A stretch of DNA of 6,152 nt, taken from the IMG/VR virus record IMGVR_UViG_3300045988_182191. One strand, given 5' to 3'. Source of the DNA: a virus. The position numbers and the translations under genes are program-made. Below the pieces are notes generated by a model. That model did not search any database. It saw only the letters and a list, made by a program, of their open reading frames with translations, and was not told where the DNA came from. Below, piece after piece: positions 4,662 to 6,152 of the stretch. Numbering within the stretch: position 1 is the stretch's first letter; every line of letters begins with the position of its first letter.

Positions 4662-6152
4662 ATGAATCGAAAATCTGTCTACTCTCTTGTTCTGGCTGTT
4701 GCTCTGGCCGTGTCTTTTGCGTTCCCTGTTTTTGCTGATGATCTGGCAACGGCTTCCGATGCAGATTATTCCAATCAATACTTAATTTCTAACAATACAA
4801 TGGTTCTTGCATCGGTTGCTTCACCACTGACAGCTTGTGTTAATGGGTCCTGGAGAACTTTGGACTATGGTGATTCTTCCCAGTCATGGGTCACTGTTCC
4901 TGCTAACTGCACACAGATTGCGTGGGCGTCGCGGCCTGATTCTCTGGGGGATTACCGTATTTTAAAACTCGATCCTGACGGGAATGACATGCGTTTTTCC
5001 AACTGTTTTGTGCGTTTAATTGATGCACAGACCATTTATGTAAATGATGATTTTTTCTCACATCTATGTGATGATGGTTCTTATTATTTTTCGGCTTATT
5101 CATCGGTTGAAAGTACAATTCATTTCGACATTTCTTCCGGTGCGGCTTTTCGTTTGTATTTAAATTCTTTCTTTCCTACTGCCAGTAATTTTCAGCCGGT
5201 TTCTGTTGGTGGTGTTTATACTTCTGCCGATAAACCGTTTACCATGAAGACTGCAAAAATAGATTCCCGTTCCGTTTATCCTTATTCGATGATTTATCAT
5301 AGCGGACAATGGTATAATTATTACTTTCCGTCGGGCGGTATTCTGAAAAAAGGATATGAATATTCTTTTATGTTCTATGCAGGTAATAATAAATATGGCG
5401 GAATGTTACGTCTTGTTTCTGACCCGACGTATCTTGCTGTTGGTGTACGTTCTGGAAATTATATGACCTTTACCTTTACGCCCAGTCGGAATATTAGAAC
5501 GGAGGAATTACAGTTTTTTATTGACAAACAGACTGCACGTGTGGAAACAGTTCCTTTTTATTATGTGTCTTCCTCTTCCACTTACATTCCGGTTTCTGAT
5601 ACGGGGCAACAGGGGCAGGTAACTGCCGCCAATACTACGGTTATTAAGAATGTAGTTACGAATATCAGTAACACCGTGAGTAATATCAGTAATCAGATTA
5701 CTACTTCTACCACTACGATCACGAATGCTGTTAACAATGTTGCGAATCAGGTAACCGGTTCTATTAATTCGCAGACAAATACTCTTTCAGACAAGATACA
5801 GGGGCAAACGAATACGATTACAAATAATCAGAATCAAAATACCGATAAGGTTATAAAGAATCAGGATGAGAATACTGATAAGGTTGTAAAAAATCAGGAT
5901 AAGAATACCGACAAACTTACTAAAAACCAGGACGAAAATACGAATAAGGTTACGGAAAAACTTGAAGATGTGAAAACCGGAATCATAAGCGGAATTATTG
6001 AAGGGCTGAAGAACCTGTTTATTCCGTCCGAAGATTTTTTTAAAAGCTATTTTGATGATTTGTATTCATGGTTTGGGGAAAGACTTGGCTTTCTATCTTT
6101 CCCGATCGACCTGCTTGTGGAGTTGTCGGAAATGTTCCTTGGCTCCTCTTCC
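4662..6152 (+). CDS. pIII-like adsorption/minor coat protein, N-terminal about 497 codons. The ORF has no stop in the window and continues across the circular junction to 320, giving 563 aa in total. It has a signal peptide, a Cys-containing N-terminal domain, an N/T/S-rich low-complexity linker, and four 11-aa tandem repeats.
   Basis: RBS GAGGGGG (4649-4655) lies 6 nt before ATG 4662. The signal peptide is MNRKSVYSLVLAVALAVSFAFPVFA|DD. Four Cys sit in the first ~125 residues of the mature protein. The linker TNISNTVSNISNQITTSTTTITNAVNNVANQ plays the role of the Gly/Ser linkers of Ff pIII. The open frame runs to the window end and matches the ORF at 27..320. Confidence 0.7.
   Translation, partial: MNRKSVYSLVLAVALAVSFAFPVFADDLATASDADYSNQYLISNNTMVLASVASPLTACVNGSWRTLDYGDSSQSWVTVPANCTQIAWASRPDSLGDYRILKLDPDGNDMRFSNCFVRLIDAQTIYVNDDFFSHLCDDGSYYFSAYSSVESTIHFDISSGAAFRLYLNSFFPTASNFQPVSVGGVYTSADKPFTMKTAKIDSRSVYPYSMIYHSGQWYNYYFPSGGILKKGYEYSFMFYAGNNKYGGMLRLVSDPTYLAVGVRSGNYMTFTFTPSRNIRTEELQFFIDKQTARVETVPFYYVSSSSTYIPVSDTGQQGQVTAANTTVIKNVVTNISNTVSNISNQITTSTTTITNAVNNVANQVTGSINSQTNTLSDKIQGQTNTITNNQNQNTDKVIKNQDENTDKVVKNQDKNTDKLTKNQDENTNKVTEKLEDVKTGIISGIIEGLKNLFIPSEDFFKSYFDDLYSWFGERLGFLSFPIDLLVELSEMFLGSSS
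5826..5957 (+). repeat. Four tandem 33-nt repeats inside the pIII-like gene, encoding NQNQNTDKVIK / NQDENTDKVVK / NQDKNTDKLTK / NQDENTNKVTE.
   Basis: The copies are aatcagaatcaaaataccgataaggttataaag (5826-5858), aatcaggatgagaatactgataaggttgtaaaa (5859-5891), aatcaggataagaataccgacaaacttactaaa (5892-5924) and aaccaggacgaaaatacgaataaggttacggaa (5925-5957). They are in frame and diverge mostly at third codon positions. Confidence 0.85.
6034..6152. repeat. Terminal redundancy. These 119 nt are identical to 1-119, marking closure of a 6,033-nt circular or tandemly repeated unit.
   Basis: Direct base-by-base comparison shows 6034-6152 (attttttt aaaagctattttgatgatttgtattcatggtttgggg...ggctcctcttcc) equals 1-119 exactly. 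Confidence 0.9.

Overview
The window is a complete, circularly permuted copy of a 6,033-nt replicon. Positions 1-119 are identical to 6034-6152, and one long ORF runs in frame across that junction. The gene content looks like a small filamentous (Inoviridae-like) ssDNA phage. Every gene except one sits on the + strand, which is T-rich. In order, the + strand carries an HUH rolling-circle Rep (682-1497), a small acidic ORF, a gV-like small protein, a textbook inovirus major coat protein (2398-2688) followed by a strong terminator, a short Zot/pI-like assembly ATPase (2737-3405), a 44-aa hydrophobic micro-ORF, a 215-aa secreted C-anchored protein, and an 82-aa membrane coiled-coil protein. A 563-aa secreted, repeat-containing, C-anchored pIII-like adsorption protein follows at 4662 and wraps to 320, then a 97-aa double-TM pVI-like protein (296-589). 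The only minus-strand gene is a 75-aa XRE-family HTH repressor (1784-2011, TTG start). It is divergent from the structural operon across a 39-bp palindromic operator flanked by back-to-back extended -10 promoters. A GC-rich 36-nt hairpin (593-628) followed by an ACTTGACAG motif just upstream of rep is the best origin candidate. No secretin, integrase or morphogenesis protease is present. Strong AGGAGG-type ribosome binding sites, TTG start codons and low GC point to a Gram-positive (Firmicutes-type) host. All functional calls come from motifs and architecture read by eye. No database search was possible.
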